DNA of 64,000 bases, taken from NCBI GenBank assembly GCA_004555855.1, contig SFJQ01000001.1, forward strand, positions 32,974 to 96,973, in the 5' to 3' direction. This document shows positions 10,175 through 20,987 of this stretch, one piece after another. The stretch is from [Eubacterium] saphenum (GTDB taxonomy: Bacteria; Bacillota; Clostridia; Oscillospirales; Ruminococcaceae). The stretch's first letter is position 1. Each line of letters starts with the position of its first letter. The position numbers were made by a program, and so were the translations under genes. A model generated the notes under the pieces. That model ran no database searches. It was not told where the DNA came from and was given only the letters and a program-made list of their open reading frames with translations.

Positions 10175-10789
10175 TTATTTTACTTTCCGCTTCTTGATAA
10201 CCTTCTGCCGTGAGAACTCCTCGCGCTCCTTCTCCTCCAACGCATTCGTTATAAACCTCACCTGCTGCTCAAACTTCGGTATCATAATATTCTTCAGCGC
10301 ATTCCTTCGCTTCTGCGTCTTCTTAATCGCCACAGCAAGCCGATAAACACTGTTCTCAAGCTCCGCCAGCCGTACCGTCAGCTCCTTCACCTTGTTAAAG
10401 CAAATATACGCCCTGTCAAACTCCGAGCCGGTTTCAATCATCGGGTAACACGGCTCCTCGGGCGGCAAAATCTGCGCGTTCACCCGCGGCAGCTCAACCC
10501 CCATAACCGAACGCGACGACAACGACAGCGAATTTTCCACAGGAATACAATCTGCTGCAATCGCCACCACGCCAAGCGTTATGTTCGCGTTCCGCAGCGC
10601 CGTGTACGCCTCGGAAAACGTGCTGTCAATCCCCGAACGCAGCGCCCTCGCTTCGTCCGTGAGTGCAACCATCTCCCGCACAAGTATGCTCCGCTTCCTG
10701 TCCATCAGCTCGTAGCCCAGAATCGCCTGATAAAGCGACCTCTTAACCTTAATCAGATTGCCCTTAGTCGGGAAAATTTGCTCCGCCAT
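10175..10789 (-). CDS. ntpD: V/A-type ATPase subunit D
   Basis: PTKGNL, KTQKRRNAL, EEKEREEF motifs; last gene of the operon. Confidence 0.93.
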   Translation of the reverse strand: MAEQIFPTKGNLIKVKRSLYQAILGYELMDRKRSILVREMVALTDEARALRSGIDSTFSEAYTALRNANITLGVVAIAADCIPVENSLSLSSRSVMGVELPRVNAQILPPEEPCYPMIETGSEFDRAYICFNKVKELTVRLAELENSVYRLAVAIKKTQKRRNALKNIMIPKFEQQVRFITNALEEKEREEFSRQKVIKKRKVK

Positions 10790-10824
10790 CGTTTCTCACC
10801 TGCTCTTCTGCGGAAATGTGAAAA

Positions 10825-12219
10825 TTACATAAACTTCAGCGCTCTCTCGGGATTATACTTCTCGTCAAGCAGCTTCTCGTCAACTCTGTCAAGCTCGCTT
10901 CTCGGCAGCGCACAAAGCAAATCCCAACCCAAATCCAACGTTTCATCAAGCGTTCTGTTCTCGTCAAAGCCCTGATTGAGGAAGTGCCCCTCGAACAGCT
11001 TTCCGAATTTCATATAAGCGCGGTCGGTGTCGGAAAGCTCGTCCTCGCCGATAACCGAAGCCAGACTCCGCGCGTCCTGAACTCTCGCGTAAGCCGCGAA
11101 AAGCTGGTTTGAAACAGCCGCGTGGTCGGCGCGCGTGAAGCCCTCGCCGATGCCGTCCTTCATCAATCTCGACAGCGACAGCAAAACCGAAACTCCGGGG
11201 TAAATTCCCTTGCGGTCAAGCTCTCGGTCAAAAACAATCTGCCCCTCGGTGATGTAAGCCGTGAGGTCGGGAATCGGGTGAGTTATATCGTCGTTCGGCA
11301 TCGTCAGAATGGGAATTTGCGTAACCGAACCGCTGCTGCCCTTGACAATTCCCGCGCGCTCATAAATTGCCGCGAGATTTGAATACAAATAGCCGGGATA
11401 GCCCTTTCTGCCGGGGATTTCGCCCTTCGATGACGAAAACTCGCGCAGCGCCTCGCAGTAAGACGTCATATCCGTCATAATAACCAGAATGTGCATATTT
11501 TTCTCGAACGCGAGATACTCCGCCGCAGTCAGCGCGCAAAGCGGCGTGAGCAGACGCTCGATAATCGGGTCGCTCGAGAGGTTGAGGAACATACAAACGC
11601 GCTCGATTGCGCCCGTGTCCTCGAATGAACGGCGGAAATAGTCCGCGACATCGTTCTGCACGCCCATTGCCGCGAAAACAACACCAAAATCCTTCGCGCC
11701 CTCGCCTGTGATTTTCGCCTGTTTTACGATTTGAACGGCGAGCTTGTTGTGGAGCATACCCGAGCCTGAGAAAATCGGCAGCTTCTGCCCGCGGATAAGC
11801 GTCATCAGCGCGTCAATCGAGCTTACTCCCGTGTGGATATAGTTCTGCGGATAGTCGCGCGAATAGGGGTTGAGCGCGCGCCCGTTGACGTCGCCCATCT
11901 TCTCGGGGAACACGTCGCCAAGCCCGTCAATCGGCTTTCCTGCGCCGTTGAACACTCTTCCGAGTATCTCGGGCGAAAGCGGTATTTCAAGCGGCTTTCC
12001 CGAAAAAATCGTGCGCGTGTTTTTGAGAGAAATTCCGTTCGTCCCCTCAAAAACCTGCAGAATAACCTTTTCGCCTTCCATCTGCACAACGCGCCCGATT
12101 CTCTCCGAGCCGTCGTCCAGACGAATTTTCGCAATCTCGTCATAAGCCGCGCCTTTCACGCCGTCAAGCGCGACAAGCGGGCCGTTAATATCAGTCAATC
12201 CAACATACTGTACACTCAT
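10825..12219 (-). CDS. ntpB: V/A-type ATPase subunit B
   Basis: [34 protein letters not shown] motifs. Confidence 0.96.
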   Translation of the reverse strand: MSVQYVGLTDINGPLVALDGVKGAAYDEIAKIRLDDGSERIGRVVQMEGEKVILQVFEGTNGISLKNTRTIFSGKPLEIPLSPEILGRVFNGAGKPIDGLGDVFPEKMGDVNGRALNPYSRDYPQNYIHTGVSSIDALMTLIRGQKLPIFSGSGMLHNKLAVQIVKQAKITGEGAKDFGVVFAAMGVQNDVADYFRRSFEDTGAIERVCMFLNLSSDPIIERLLTPLCALTAAEYLAFEKNMHILVIMTDMTSYCEALREFSSSKGEIPGRKGYPGYLYSNLAAIYERAGIVKGSSGSVTQIPILTMPNDDITHPIPDLTAYITEGQIVFDRELDRKGIYPGVSVLLSLSRLMKDGIGEGFTRADHAAVSNQLFAAYARVQDARSLASVIGEDELSDTDRAYMKFGKLFEGHFLNQGFDENRTLDETLDLGWDLLCALPRSELDRVDEKLLDEKYNPERALKFM

Positions 12220-12233
12220 TTTCAAACCTCTTA

Positions 12234-13985
12234 TCAGCCCGCAGCAAGCGCGTCAATCTTCTCGTTTATTTCCGAAATCAGCCCGTCAAAAAGCTCGAGC
12301 TTGTTGTTCGGAATATCGTATTTCATCTTCACAGCCTTCTCGAAAAGCCCGAGCGAGAAGATGTCCGAGAGAATTACACCGGTTTTCAGCGCGTCAAGCG
12401 ACCTGTGGTAAAGCACCGAAATCACCTTCATCATCAAGCGCTGTTTCGGGAGCGGAACGTAGGTGTCGTCGGGGTGATTTGCGTTCTGCTGCAAAAATCC
12501 CACGCGCACAACCCTCGCCGTTTCAATCGTCAGCTTCTGGTCATCGGGCAGAACGTCCGCGCCAATCAGCTTTACAATCTCCATCAGCTTGGCTTCTTCC
12601 TGTAAAATGTTGGAAATTTCCTGACGAAGCGCCATATAATCGGGCGAAATCCCGTTGTAAAAATCAGCCAAATCCTCGACATACTCGGAATAGCTGCTGT
12701 TCCAGTCAATCGCGGGGTAGTGACGCGCGTAGGCAAGCGACTTGTCCAGCGCCCAGAAACAGCGCACAAAACGCTTCGTGTTCTGGGTAACCGGCTCGGA
12801 GAAGTCCGAGCCTTGCGGCGAAACCGCGCCGATTATCGTCACCGAGCCTTCCGTGCCGTTCAGATTTTTCACATAGCCGGCTCTCTCGTAAAACTCCGAC
12901 AATCTTGACGGCAAGTACGCGGGAAAGCCCTCCTCGGCGGGCATTTCCTCAAGTCGTCCCGAAATCTCACGCAGCGCCTCAGCCCAGCGCGAGGTCGAAT
13001 CCGCCATTATCGCGATGTGATAACCCATATCGCGATAGTACTCCGCAAGCGTTATTCCCGTATAAATAGACGCTTCGCGCGCCGCCACGGGCATATTTGA
13101 CGTGTTCGCGATGAGGACGGTTCTGTCGGTGAGCGGGCGGTTGGACTTCGGGTCGATAAGCTCGCCGAACTCCTCCAGAACCTGCGTCATCTCGTTTCCG
13201 CGCTCGCCGCAGCCGATGTACACGATAATATCCGCGTCACACCACTTCGCGATTTGGTGCTGCGTTACGGTTTTTCCCGTGCCGAAGCCGCCGGGAATTG
13301 CCGCAGCGCCGCCCTTCGCAATCGGTATAAGCGTATCGATAACGCGCTGTCCCGTGATAAGCGGACGAGTTGACGGAAGTCTGCCCGCGCAAGGACGCGC
13401 CTTTTTGATAGCCCAGCGCTGAACCATCGTCAGCTCTTTTTCCTCGCCGCTTGCCGTTTTCAGACGGATAATCACATCGTTCACGCGGTATTTTCCGTTC
13501 TCCGCCGCAAACGTAACCTCGCCGCTCATATCGGGCGGAATCATACATTTGTGCGTGATAAGCGGGGTTTCGGGAGTTGTGCAGTAAACGTCGCCCGAAA
13601 CGAGCTTGTCGCCCTTTTTCACGGTCACGGTAACGTCAAACTCGCGCTCCTCGTCCAGCGCAAAAAGGTGGCTTCCCTCGGCAACGAAAGCGCCGTTGTC
13701 CTTCACCATATCGCGAAGCGGACGCTCAATTCCATCGAAAATGTTCGAGATAATGCCCGGACCCAAAGTCGCGCAGACGGGCGCTCCGGTGCCGTAAATC
13801 GGTTCGCCGATTTTCAGTCCCGCCGTGTTCTCGTAAACCTGTATTGTCGTGAAATCATCGGCAACTCCGATAACCTCGCCGATAAGCCTGCGCTCGCCGA
13901 CGTACACCATCTCGAGCATCGAGAAATCCTTTGTGTTCGCCGCTTTTACGACAGGTCCGTTTATCGAATAAATCGTGTTTTCCAA
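12234..13985 (-). CDS. ntpA: V/A-type ATPase subunit A
   Basis: P-loop [28 protein letters not shown]. Confidence 0.97.
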   Translation of the reverse strand: MENTIYSINGPVVKAANTKDFSMLEMVYVGERRLIGEVIGVADDFTTIQVYENTAGLKIGEPIYGTGAPVCATLGPGIISNIFDGIERPLRDMVKDNGAFVAEGSHLFALDEEREFDVTVTVKKGDKLVSGDVYCTTPETPLITHKCMIPPDMSGEVTFAAENGKYRVNDVIIRLKTASGEEKELTMVQRWAIKKARPCAGRLPSTRPLITGQRVIDTLIPIAKGGAAAIPGGFGTGKTVTQHQIAKWCDADIIVYIGCGERGNEMTQVLEEFGELIDPKSNRPLTDRTVLIANTSNMPVAAREASIYTGITLAEYYRDMGYHIAIMADSTSRWAEALREISGRLEEMPAEEGFPAYLPSRLSEFYERAGYVKNLNGTEGSVTIIGAVSPQGSDFSEPVTQNTKRFVRCFWALDKSLAYARHYPAIDWNSSYSEYVEDLADFYNGISPDYMALRQEISNILQEEAKLMEIVKLIGADVLPDDQKLTIETARVVRVGFLQQNANHPDDTYVPLPKQRLMMKVISVLYHRSLDALKTGVILSDIFSLGLFEKAVKMKYDIPNNKLELFDGLISEINEKIDALAAG

Positions 13986-14001
13986 ATCAATTCCCCCAGC
14001 C

Positions 14002-14595
14002 TCAGATTTCCGCCGTCATCAACTCGCGCTTTTCGGCAAACGCTGCGCGCTCGTCCTCGAGCGCCTTGTCAAGCGAAAAATCGCAGAAAAGCCCGCGTTT
14101 TTCGTCAAGCGCGCAAATTCCCCCGAGAACAATCGTGCTATCGGCGCGAACCTCGTGACTTGTAAGCGATGAAACCCGCTCAACGTCCTTTTTTGCCGCG
14201 AGAATAACCACGTCTTTCCCGAGCGCTTTTTCGGCTTTTTCAAGGCGGTTTTTCAGAAAATCCGCGTACTTTTCGCTCTCGGAAAACTCCCGCAAATCCG
14301 CTTCGATTTTGCCGAAAAACTCCTCGACAAGCTCCTTTCGGTGAGCGAGAACGCCTTTGTTAACCTCGTAATCGCACCGCGAGAGTTCTTTTCTGAACTT
14401 CGCTTCCAGAGCATTACGCTCGGTTTTGAGCGCCGCCATAGCCTCGCGCGACTCGTTTTCCTCACGGAGCCGCTCGGCAGCGGAACGCTGTTCGCGGATT
14501 TTCGCTGTGAGTTCCTCGATTTCACGGTCGGCGCTTCGGTTGACCGCGTTTCTGAACATCGTCATTTTGGACGCGTTTAACGTATTCAAATCCAT
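14002..14595 (-). CDS. V/A-type ATPase subunit E
   Basis: Coiled-coil N-terminus, C-terminal LGG...DFSLD, operon position. Confidence 0.8.
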   Translation of the reverse strand: MDLNTLNASKMTMFRNAVNRSADREIEELTAKIREQRSAAERLREENESREAMAALKTERNALEAKFRKELSRCDYEVNKGVLAHRKELVEEFFGKIEADLREFSESEKYADFLKNRLEKAEKALGKDVVILAAKKDVERVSSLTSHEVRADSTIVLGGICALDEKRGLFCDFSLDKALEDERAAFAEKRELMTAEI

Positions 14596-14610
14596 AAAAA
14601 TACCTTTCAA

Positions 14611-14919
14611 TCAGAGCTTGATGCCGATTGCTTCCTCAACGTACCTGCCGATTGCCTCGGTTACGCCGCCCGAGCCGTGACGGTCGGGTATCTCAATCAC
14701 AAGCGGTCTGCGGCGGTTCAGCTTGATGTCGTAAACCCGCTCCGCGCAAAGCCCCGCGGTTTTCTGCGTCATCAGCACAACCGCGATTTCTTCATCGGAA
14801 ACCGCTTCGTCAAGCGCTTCGTTAACCTCTTTTTCGGTGTGCGCGACAACTCCCTCGATACCCGCAATTCTCATTCCCATCTGCGTGTCGAGATTGTCGC
14901 TTATAAGGAAAAATTTCAT
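14611..14919 (-). CDS. ntpF: V/A-type ATPase subunit F
   Basis: GMRIAGIEG, EIPDRHG; 102 aa; operon position. Confidence 0.88.
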   Translation of the reverse strand: MKFFLISDNLDTQMGMRIAGIEGVVAHTEKEVNEALDEAVSDEEIAVVLMTQKTAGLCAERVYDIKLNRRRPLVIEIPDRHGSGGVTEAIGRYVEEAIGIKL

Positions 14920-14932
14920 ATCCGCTCCAAAA

Positions 14933-15376
14933 TTAACCGAAGAGTATCAGAATTGAAATAAGCAGTCCGTAAATCGCAACGCCCTCGCCGAGCGCAACGA
15001 AAATCAGTGCCTTGGAGAACGACTTTTCGTTCTCGGAAATTGCGCCGATAGCCGCAGGCGCGCCCGCTCCAACGGCAATTCCCGCTGCGATTGAACCAAG
15101 TCCCGTTGAAAGCGCAGCAGCGAGATATTTCAAGCCGTCCGAGCCAGCCTGAGCAGCGTTTGCGGCAACTTCAGCCGTTTCAGCCGCAAAAGCTCCCGTG
15201 AGCGGAAGCACGGTCATCGTGAGCATTACTCCGAAAAACGAAGCGATGTTCGTTACAACAGCGCGCTTCGGGTGAACCGTCTTGCCCGAACGCTTGCGAA
15301 GAATTGCCGTGAAAATCGGCAGCATAATGAGCGCAACCGCGATAAGCGGCAGAATGATAATCAATGCAATATTCAT
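14933..15376 (-). CDS. ntpK: V/A-type ATPase proteolipid subunit K/c
   Basis: Hydrophobic; ALGEGVAIYG with conserved Glu; extra N-terminal TM segments. Confidence 0.9.
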   Translation of the reverse strand: MNIALIIILPLIAVALIMLPIFTAILRKRSGKTVHPKRAVVTNIASFFGVMLTMTVLPLTGAFAAETAEVAANAAQAGSDGLKYLAAALSTGLGSIAAGIAVGAGAPAAIGAISENEKSFSKALIFVALGEGVAIYGLLISILILFG

Positions 15377-15403
15377 TTTGTTTTCCTCCAAAAATCTTTT
15401 TCA

Positions 15404-17371
15404 TCAAAAATGTGACTTTATTTTCAGCGGTGAAAACTCGCTTCCGCCGCCGTCATAGAACCGTGAAAATACCTCGTAAAACTCCAGTCTGAGCACCTGT
15501 ATTCCAGAGAGCAAGCCCTCGATGCCCATAACCAGAATGTTGCCGATGATGTAGGTTATCACCATTCCGGCGGTGACGGGAGCATTCGGCTGCGCCGCGC
15601 CTGCAAGCTGCGAAACAACCAGCATAAAGCCCGCGTGCGACAGCACAAAGCCGCCTATTCTCAAAAAGCTCATCGTGTTCGACAGGAAGCTTAAAGCACC
15701 CTCGAAAATGCCGATAAAGCTCTCCGCGATGCTGAATTTCTCGGCTTTCTTTCCCGTCACAAGAGCCGTGAGCGGGGTTTTGAAGAAAATCAGCAAAACC
15801 GGCAGCACAATCAGGCAAAGCACATAAGGCACGCTCATAATCGGCAGCCCGTACATAAGCGAACCCGCAAGCCCGATTATCAGCGACGCGTAAAGCACAA
15901 TTCCCGCGGCGCCGTTCACGTCAAACAGCGCCTCGCCGAGCTTTTTCGCCTTGAAGTTCTTCACGGTATTCAAAATCATCGAAATCAGTATCAGCACCAC
16001 ACCCACAAACAGCGCGAAAATCAGCACTGCCGTCGCAACCTGAAAGATGTTGCTCGGGTGACGCGGGATACCGAGATTTCCCATCATATCGCAGACGCCG
16101 TTCCAGATATCCGCGCGGTGGAAAATCGGCGTGATTATCGTTTCGATACCGAAAACCGAGCCGTAAACGCACCCGAACAGCGCCGAGAAAATGCCGAGTC
16201 TTGTCATAACGGGAGCAAGCCCGTTTTTGGTTTTCTTCGAGAGGATAAGCCCCAGCAGCGATATCAGCAAGCCCTGCCCGACATCGCCGAACATTATCCC
16301 GAACATCAGCATATACGTTATCGCAACGTAGGGCGTGGGGTCGAAGCCGCCGTAAACCGGCAATCCGTACATCTTCGTGAACATCTCAAACGGTCTTGTA
16401 ATCACGTTGTTTTTCAGCTTTACGGGAACTTCCGGCGAAGCGTGTTTCTTGTCAACGGGAATTTCCGCGCACTGAACGTTTTTCGCGTTCTTTACAATCG
16501 CCGTTCGCAGCTCCTTTGAGTTTTTCGCGGGACAGTACCCCGAGAACGAAAACCGTCCGTTCGATATAACAACCTTTTTCCGCAGCTCGTTTACCTCGCT
16601 CTTATAGCGCAGCTTGCACAAAACCGCCGAAAAATCGTCCGTCAGGCTGTCCGCGAAATAAGCAAGCTCCTTTTCAAGGGCTTCCTTTTTCTTCTCCTCG
16701 GTTTCAATCAGCGCGTGGAGTTTTTGGTCGGCGATTTCCGCGTCGCCTTCAAGATAATCGGGAAGCCTTGTCCGCTCAAATCCGAGCGAAGTCATCAGCT
16801 CGTCCGCGAACTCAACGTACTGCACGGGAACGAGATAAATTCCGTAAACGTAATCCCCCGTTTTCTCAAATTCCTGAAAAACGAAGCATTTTGTCGCGTA
16901 GTACTGCAGCTTTTCCTCATTATCGAGCGGCATTCTGCCGATACGCATTTTGACGTACTTCATTGCGAAAAGCTCCGAAAACGGCACGTCAAGTCCGCGC
17001 AAATGCTGAACATAAGCGTCGGTTTCGCTATGCTCGCGAAGCGACTGCTCAACTTCCGCATACTGCTCGTTCAGCTCGTCATAACGCTTTGAGATATCGC
17101 CGAGATAGTTCTCAAAATCCTCCGCCGTTTCGCAGTCAACGTGCGAAAAATCCGTGTCCTTAACGGGAATTTTCAGATTTATCGCCATATCGCGCACCCT
17201 TGCAAGAATGCCCTTGTAGGGGTTTTGTTCGCCGAGATTTCGCAGAACGGAGCCGTTTGACACGATGTGGAACAGCTCGCTCTCGCAGCAAGCCATAAGC
17301 GCATTGTCGAGCGACTTTGACGGTCCGTCAACCGAAATCAGCGACATTTTTTCTATTCCCAAATATATCAC
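15404..17371 (-). CDS. ntpI: V/A-type ATPase subunit I/a
   Basis: MFGDVGQG, SNTMSFLRIG, LRLEFYEVFSRFY. Confidence 0.94.
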   Translation of the reverse strand: MIYLGIEKMSLISVDGPSKSLDNALMACCESELFHIVSNGSVLRNLGEQNPYKGILARVRDMAINLKIPVKDTDFSHVDCETAEDFENYLGDISKRYDELNEQYAEVEQSLREHSETDAYVQHLRGLDVPFSELFAMKYVKMRIGRMPLDNEEKLQYYATKCFVFQEFEKTGDYVYGIYLVPVQYVEFADELMTSLGFERTRLPDYLEGDAEIADQKLHALIETEEKKKEALEKELAYFADSLTDDFSAVLCKLRYKSEVNELRKKVVISNGRFSFSGYCPAKNSKELRTAIVKNAKNVQCAEIPVDKKHASPEVPVKLKNNVITRPFEMFTKMYGLPVYGGFDPTPYVAITYMLMFGIMFGDVGQGLLISLLGLILSKKTKNGLAPVMTRLGIFSALFGCVYGSVFGIETIITPIFHRADIWNGVCDMMGNLGIPRHPSNIFQVATAVLIFALFVGVVLILISMILNTVKNFKAKKLGEALFDVNGAAGIVLYASLIIGLAGSLMYGLPIMSVPYVLCLIVLPVLLIFFKTPLTALVTGKKAEKFSIAESFIGIFEGALSFLSNTMSFLRIGGFVLSHAGFMLVVSQLAGAAQPNAPVTAGMVITYIIGNILVMGIEGLLSGIQVLRLEFYEVFSRFYDGGGSEFSPLKIKSHF

Positions 17372-17394
17372 CGCCTTAACAGGTTTTTTTCATT

Positions 17395-18423
17395 TTAAAG
17401 TACCAGCATTTTCATAATATCCGTGCCGTCCATCTCGTAGCGCACGCCCTCGACAACCGTTCGGATATTCCGCAGCTCCGTGCATAAGCTCTCGGTCAGC
17501 GCGAAATACGCAACAGACGCGTGCGACGAGAGGTGAAGCGTTTTCTCATAGAATTTCTGGCTGATGCGCTCGGTGAGCTGCTCGACGGTCGAGCTTTCGG
17601 TATCGCTGTGGTAGCCGATTTTCTTCAGCCGTTTAGCCAGCGCGTCGATATCCTTCTCCGCGATAAGCTCCTCGATAATATCGTCTTTCAGCTTGTATCT
17701 GAACGGGATAAGCGCCTTTTTGAGATTTTCGGGAGTCGCTCCCGAAAACTGCGCTCTGCGGTAAAGCGTGACAACGTTCTCCATATCAATCGACCGCAAA
17801 ATCGCCCGCTTGAACTCCCTTTTCTCGGAGCCGCGGAAGTTCTCCTCGGCGTGCTTCAGCAAGCGGAAATAATAGTCGTTCACAAGCCCGCGCTCAATCT
17901 CGCCGATGTCGAGTTTTCCGCTCTGCGCGGCGTTTATCAGTGGCTCGCGCAGCACCTTGATGTAAGACGTTCCCTCGAGCAGCTCGACAACCTCGGCAAG
18001 ATTTTTCGCCCTGCCAAGCTCGGGGAGATTTGTTTTCGTGTAGCGGTTCAGATACATCGGAACAGCCGCGATATAAGCGTCCGCGCCGCCTGCGTAAACC
18101 GCCGCAATCGCCGAAACAATCTGCCCGATTTCAAGCCGCTCCACGATGAACGAGAAGTAGCCGCGGCTTTTCGTGTAGTCGAATTTGCGGAAATTCTCGT
18201 AAATATCGAACGCTGCCTTTGCGAGAAGCGCCTCAAGCTGACCGCGGTGAATTGCGCCCGAGTTAACCGAAGAAAGCGCCTTTTCGTACCTCGGCACGGT
18301 TTTCAGATAGTCGCAAATCTGCGGGACGTTTTCCTTTGCGGCAAGCTGCGCGTAATCGAGAGGGGTGAGCCGCTGCCCGAAAACCGCCCGACACTTTGCC
18401 GTAACGCCGTTTGACGCGTACAT
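17395..18423 (-). CDS. ntpC: V/A-type ATPase subunit C/d
   Basis: 342 aa; ELRNIRTVVEGVRY C-terminal motif; operon position. Confidence 0.85.
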   Translation of the reverse strand: MYASNGVTAKCRAVFGQRLTPLDYAQLAAKENVPQICDYLKTVPRYEKALSSVNSGAIHRGQLEALLAKAAFDIYENFRKFDYTKSRGYFSFIVERLEIGQIVSAIAAVYAGGADAYIAAVPMYLNRYTKTNLPELGRAKNLAEVVELLEGTSYIKVLREPLINAAQSGKLDIGEIERGLVNDYYFRLLKHAEENFRGSEKREFKRAILRSIDMENVVTLYRRAQFSGATPENLKKALIPFRYKLKDDIIEELIAEKDIDALAKRLKKIGYHSDTESSTVEQLTERISQKFYEKTLHLSSHASVAYFALTESLCTELRNIRTVVEGVRYEMDGTDIMKMLVL

Positions 18424-18424
18424 A

Positions 18425-18745
18425 TTATTCCTCCAAAATCCGCTTTAAAATCTCCGTGCGCCAGCGCTCGCCGTTCTCGGCAAACCGCTTGTCAAGCGCC
18501 GCCACGCGCGTTTTGAGAGCCTGCTCGGCGTTTTTTTGCTTTTCGGCAAGCAGCTTCTCCTGCTCGTCTTTAAAGGCGACGTTTTGCTCGCGTTCATCGG
18601 CGAGCTTTTGTTCACGCTCGCGCGCGCTGCTCTCGCCGAACTCGTCGGTGCGCTGTTTTTGCTTGGCAACAGCCTTCTCGACGCGCGCTGCCGCCGAATT
18701 ATCCATTGTGATTATCTCGCGTAAAAAATCCATCTCAATCACCAT
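18425..18745 (-). CDS. V/A-type ATPase subunit G/H-like stalk protein
   Basis: Short charged coiled coil at the operon start. Confidence 0.65.
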   Translation of the reverse strand: MVIEMDFLREIITMDNSAAARVEKAVAKQKQRTDEFGESSAREREQKLADEREQNVAFKDEQEKLLAEKQKNAEQALKTRVAALDKRFAENGERWRTEILKRILEE

Positions 18746-18958
18746 TATACCTATTTTATATGGACTGTCGTTGCGAATATTTTCATCAAGCCCAATTCCT
18801 ACTTATTTTAACTCTTTTCGCCCAAAAAAACAATATATAATTTGCACAAAAAATTCCTCAACACCCAGCATTTTCCGAGCATTTTCGTCGGCAAAGCACG
18901 GAGCATCGGGATATTACGCGATTTGTGCAAAATTAACATATTCAAAAAAGCGAAGCCC

Positions 18959-18988
18959 TTGACAGCGAGATGGAATAAGGTGTATAAT
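18959..18988 (+). promoter_or_regulatory. Sigma-A promoter (flotillin)
   Basis: TTGACA-18 bp-TATAAT. Confidence 0.7.
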
Positions 18989-19022
18989 TAGGAAAGGGAG
19001 TGCAATTTGAAAGGAGTTTATT

Positions 19023-20570
19023 ATGTTTGAAGAGATTAAAGGCTGGCTTATTCCTGTAATAATCGTTGCTGTGGTGCTGATTTTGATATTCCTCACGGGA
19101 TACCGCAAGGCGCGCCCCGACCAGGCGCTTATCATAAGCGGTCTTCGCAGGAAAGCCAAGGTTGTTATCGGAAAGGCTGCCGTGAAGCTGCCGTTTTTAG
19201 AGCGCTGCGACGTGCTCGACCTCGCGCTGATGAGCGTTGACGTAAGAACGCAGACGTCTATCCCCTCGGGCGACTACATAAACGTAAAGGTTGACTCGGT
19301 TGTCAACGTAAAAATTTCACCCGAGAAGGACATCATCGAAAAAGCGCAGCAGAACTTCCTCAACAAGGACAAAAACTATGTCACAAACGTTGCCAGAGAG
19401 GTTCTCGAGGGTAATATCCGTGAAATTGTCGGACAGATGCGGCTTGAGGAGATGATTTCAAACCGTCAGGTTTTCGCGGAAAAGGTTCGCCAGAACGCCG
19501 ACCCTGACCTCAAGGCTATGGGACTTGAAATCGTTTCGTTTAACGTTCAGAATTTCGTTGACGAGAACGGCGTGATAAACGATATGGGTATCGACAACAC
19601 AATGCAAATCCGCAAAAAAGCCGCGATTTCCAAAGCCGAGGCGGAGCGCGATATCAAGATTGCTCAGGCTGAGGCTAACCGCAAGGCAAACGACGCGAGA
19701 GTTGACTCGGAAACCGCGATTGCAGAGCGCCAGAACGAGCTTGCCATTAAGCAGGCTGAGCTGAAACGCGCTGCCGATATCAAGCAGGCGGAAGCGGACG
19801 CTGCTTACACAATTCAGCAGGAAGAGCAGCGCAAGACTATCGAAATCACGACTGCAAACGCAAACATTGCCAAGCAGGAAAAAGAGGTTGAAATCAAGGC
19901 GAAAGAGGCTGAAATCAAGGAACGCGCGCTGGAAGCAGAGGTTAAAAAGACTGCCGAAGCGCAGAAATACGCGGCTCAGCAGAACGCAGACGCAAAGCTG
20001 TACGCAACCCAGCAGAACGCCGAAGCGCAGAAGTATGAGGAAATCCGCCGTTCCGAGGCTGAGCTTCAGATTAAGAAAAACGAAGCTGCCGCTATTCTGG
20101 TAACCGCTGAAAACGAAGCTGCGGCTGCCAAAGCAAAGGCAGAAGCAGCGAGATTTGCTGCCGAGCAGGAGGCAGAGGGTATCCGAGCAAAGGGTATCGC
20201 GGAAGCGGACGCGGTTCGTGCAAAGGCGCTTGCAGAGGCTGAGGGTCTTGACAAGAAGGCTGAAGCGATGAAGAAGATGGAAGAAGCGGCGGTTTTGCAG
20301 ATGTATTTCGAGAAGATGCCCGAGATTGCCGCAGCGATTGCGAAGCCGCTTGAGAGCATTGATAAAATCACGATGTACGGCGACGGAAACACCGCGAAAA
20401 TGGTCAAGGACATCACCGAGGCGACCACGCAGGCGTCGTCGGGACTGCTTGACGGATTAGGGATTGATTTGAAGCAGATGGTAAATTCGTTTGTTCAGGG
20501 AAAGGCGATTGCGAGCGGAATTAACTCGGAGAAGCCCGCTGTTGACGAGAAACCCGAGCAGACGGTTTAA
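19023..20570 (+). CDS. Flotillin/SPFH-domain protein
   Basis: N-terminal TM, SPFH domain (EVLEGNIREIVG), long AEA-rich coiled coil. Confidence 0.92.
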   Translation: MFEEIKGWLIPVIIVAVVLILIFLTGYRKARPDQALIISGLRRKAKVVIGKAAVKLPFLERCDVLDLALMSVDVRTQTSIPSGDYINVKVDSVVNVKISPEKDIIEKAQQNFLNKDKNYVTNVAREVLEGNIREIVGQMRLEEMISNRQVFAEKVRQNADPDLKAMGLEIVSFNVQNFVDENGVINDMGIDNTMQIRKKAAISKAEAERDIKIAQAEANRKANDARVDSETAIAERQNELAIKQAELKRAADIKQAEADAAYTIQQEEQRKTIEITTANANIAKQEKEVEIKAKEAEIKERALEAEVKKTAEAQKYAAQQNADAKLYATQQNAEAQKYEEIRRSEAELQIKKNEAAAILVTAENEAAAAKAKAEAARFAAEQEAEGIRAKGIAEADAVRAKALAEAEGLDKKAEAMKKMEEAAVLQMYFEKMPEIAAAIAKPLESIDKITMYGDGNTAKMVKDITEATTQASSGLLDGLGIDLKQMVNSFVQGKAIASGINSEKPAVDEKPEQTV

Positions 20571-20604
20571 TGCAAGATTTTTGCAATCCGCATAAAGAGT
20601 TTTA

Positions 20605-20987
20605 CCCAAAGCGTTTTTGGAAAACGAAGTTTTACAAAAACGCGCGATTTCGGCGGCTCGATGCCGACGAAATCGCAAAAGAGCGCGTATATAACATAGC
20701 AAAAATGCGGGTGCAGCCGCGAACGTCTCGACCTAACGGGCGTGGCTGCACCCGCGCGATTTTTCGGGTTCGATGCCCGAAAAATCGCCAAGAGCGCGCA
20801 AAAAGCGAAGTCCACATTCCAAGCCTGAAACTCAGCAAAATGCGGGTGCAGCCGCGAACGTCCCGACCCAACGGGCGCGGCTGCACCCGCGCGATTTTTC
20901 GGGTTCGATGCCCGAAAAATCGCCAAGAGCGCGCAAATAGCAAAGTCCACATTCCAAGCCTGAAACTCAGCAAAATGCGGGTGAGCC
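20605..20987 (+). repeat. Composite palindromic repeat E3 (module C + 135-bp tandem of module B)
   Basis: ATGCGGGTG starts at 20705, 20840 and 20975. Confidence 0.92.

Noticed and set aside
20705..20987. CRISPR array
   Set aside because: Units are 135 bp with near-identical linkers, and there are no cas genes
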